Origin: Octopus vulgaris
Taxonomy: Eukaryota
Length of the DNA stretch: 64,000 nucleotides
NCBI GenBank assembly: GCA_951406725.2
Contig: OX597814.1
Coordinates: forward strand, 208,692,001 to 208,756,000
Reading direction: 5' to 3'
Below are positions 63,666-64,000 of the stretch, one piece after another. The notes under the pieces were generated by a model. It was not told where the DNA came from, ran no database searches, and worked only from the letters and a program-made list of their open reading frames with translations. A program made the position numbers and the translations under genes. Each line of letters begins with the position of its first letter. The first letter of the stretch is position 1.

Positions 63666-64000
63666 TACATATCTTTCCATGCAAGAGAATTATGAAGCAC
63701 AATGGCTGTAAACTGAATTATTAACTGAAATATCACACTAAGTTCAAATCTTACTACAGCCTTCATGAAAAGTTCCTAAACAAGGCACATTTATCTCTTT
63801 GCTTCAGTGTGGCCTAGTTGTGGAAAAATGAATAAATAAACAGGTTTCATTTCTCTTTTTTGGATGGTTGAATAATTAGCAATAGACAGGATAAGAGCCA
63901 GAGTTGTTTTGTTTATTTTTCACGTTCATTTCAATATTTAAAGGAAAATAGTTTTCCGAATTTGATGAAGGGCCCTGCTTAAGTCAAAACTTTCTTCTTC

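Noticed and set aside
63960-63995. TTGATGAAGG...CAAAAC hammerhead-like string
   Set aside because: No GAAA box, poor stem II, and it lies at the window edge.

Overview
AT-rich, repeat-saturated eukaryotic DNA, most likely an octopus genome (inferred from the repeat families). Only one host coding exon is supported: a 61-nt minus-strand exon (6333-6393) encoding the P-loop of an ARL5-type small GTPase. No other ARL5 exon was found, so the window appears to be almost entirely intron. The rest is nested mobile DNA: four tRNA-derived SINE families, RTE and CR1 LINE fragments, piggyBac-type TTAA MITEs, non-autonomous Helitrons, a hAT MITE and an internally deleted mariner. Nearly all ORFs in the track are artefacts of these repeats. 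The most notable signal is at least four unrelated small non-coding elements carrying minimal type-I hammerhead ribozyme motifs, some with variant cores (U3-A8, C4). Most were inserted as head-to-head inverted repeats. One family (14.5 kb and 60.2 kb) joins a tRNA-like Pol III head to the hammerhead, resembling a Penelope-dependent, ribozyme-bearing SINE or retrozyme. All calls were made by eye; no database search or folding was run, and some repeat boundaries are approximate.
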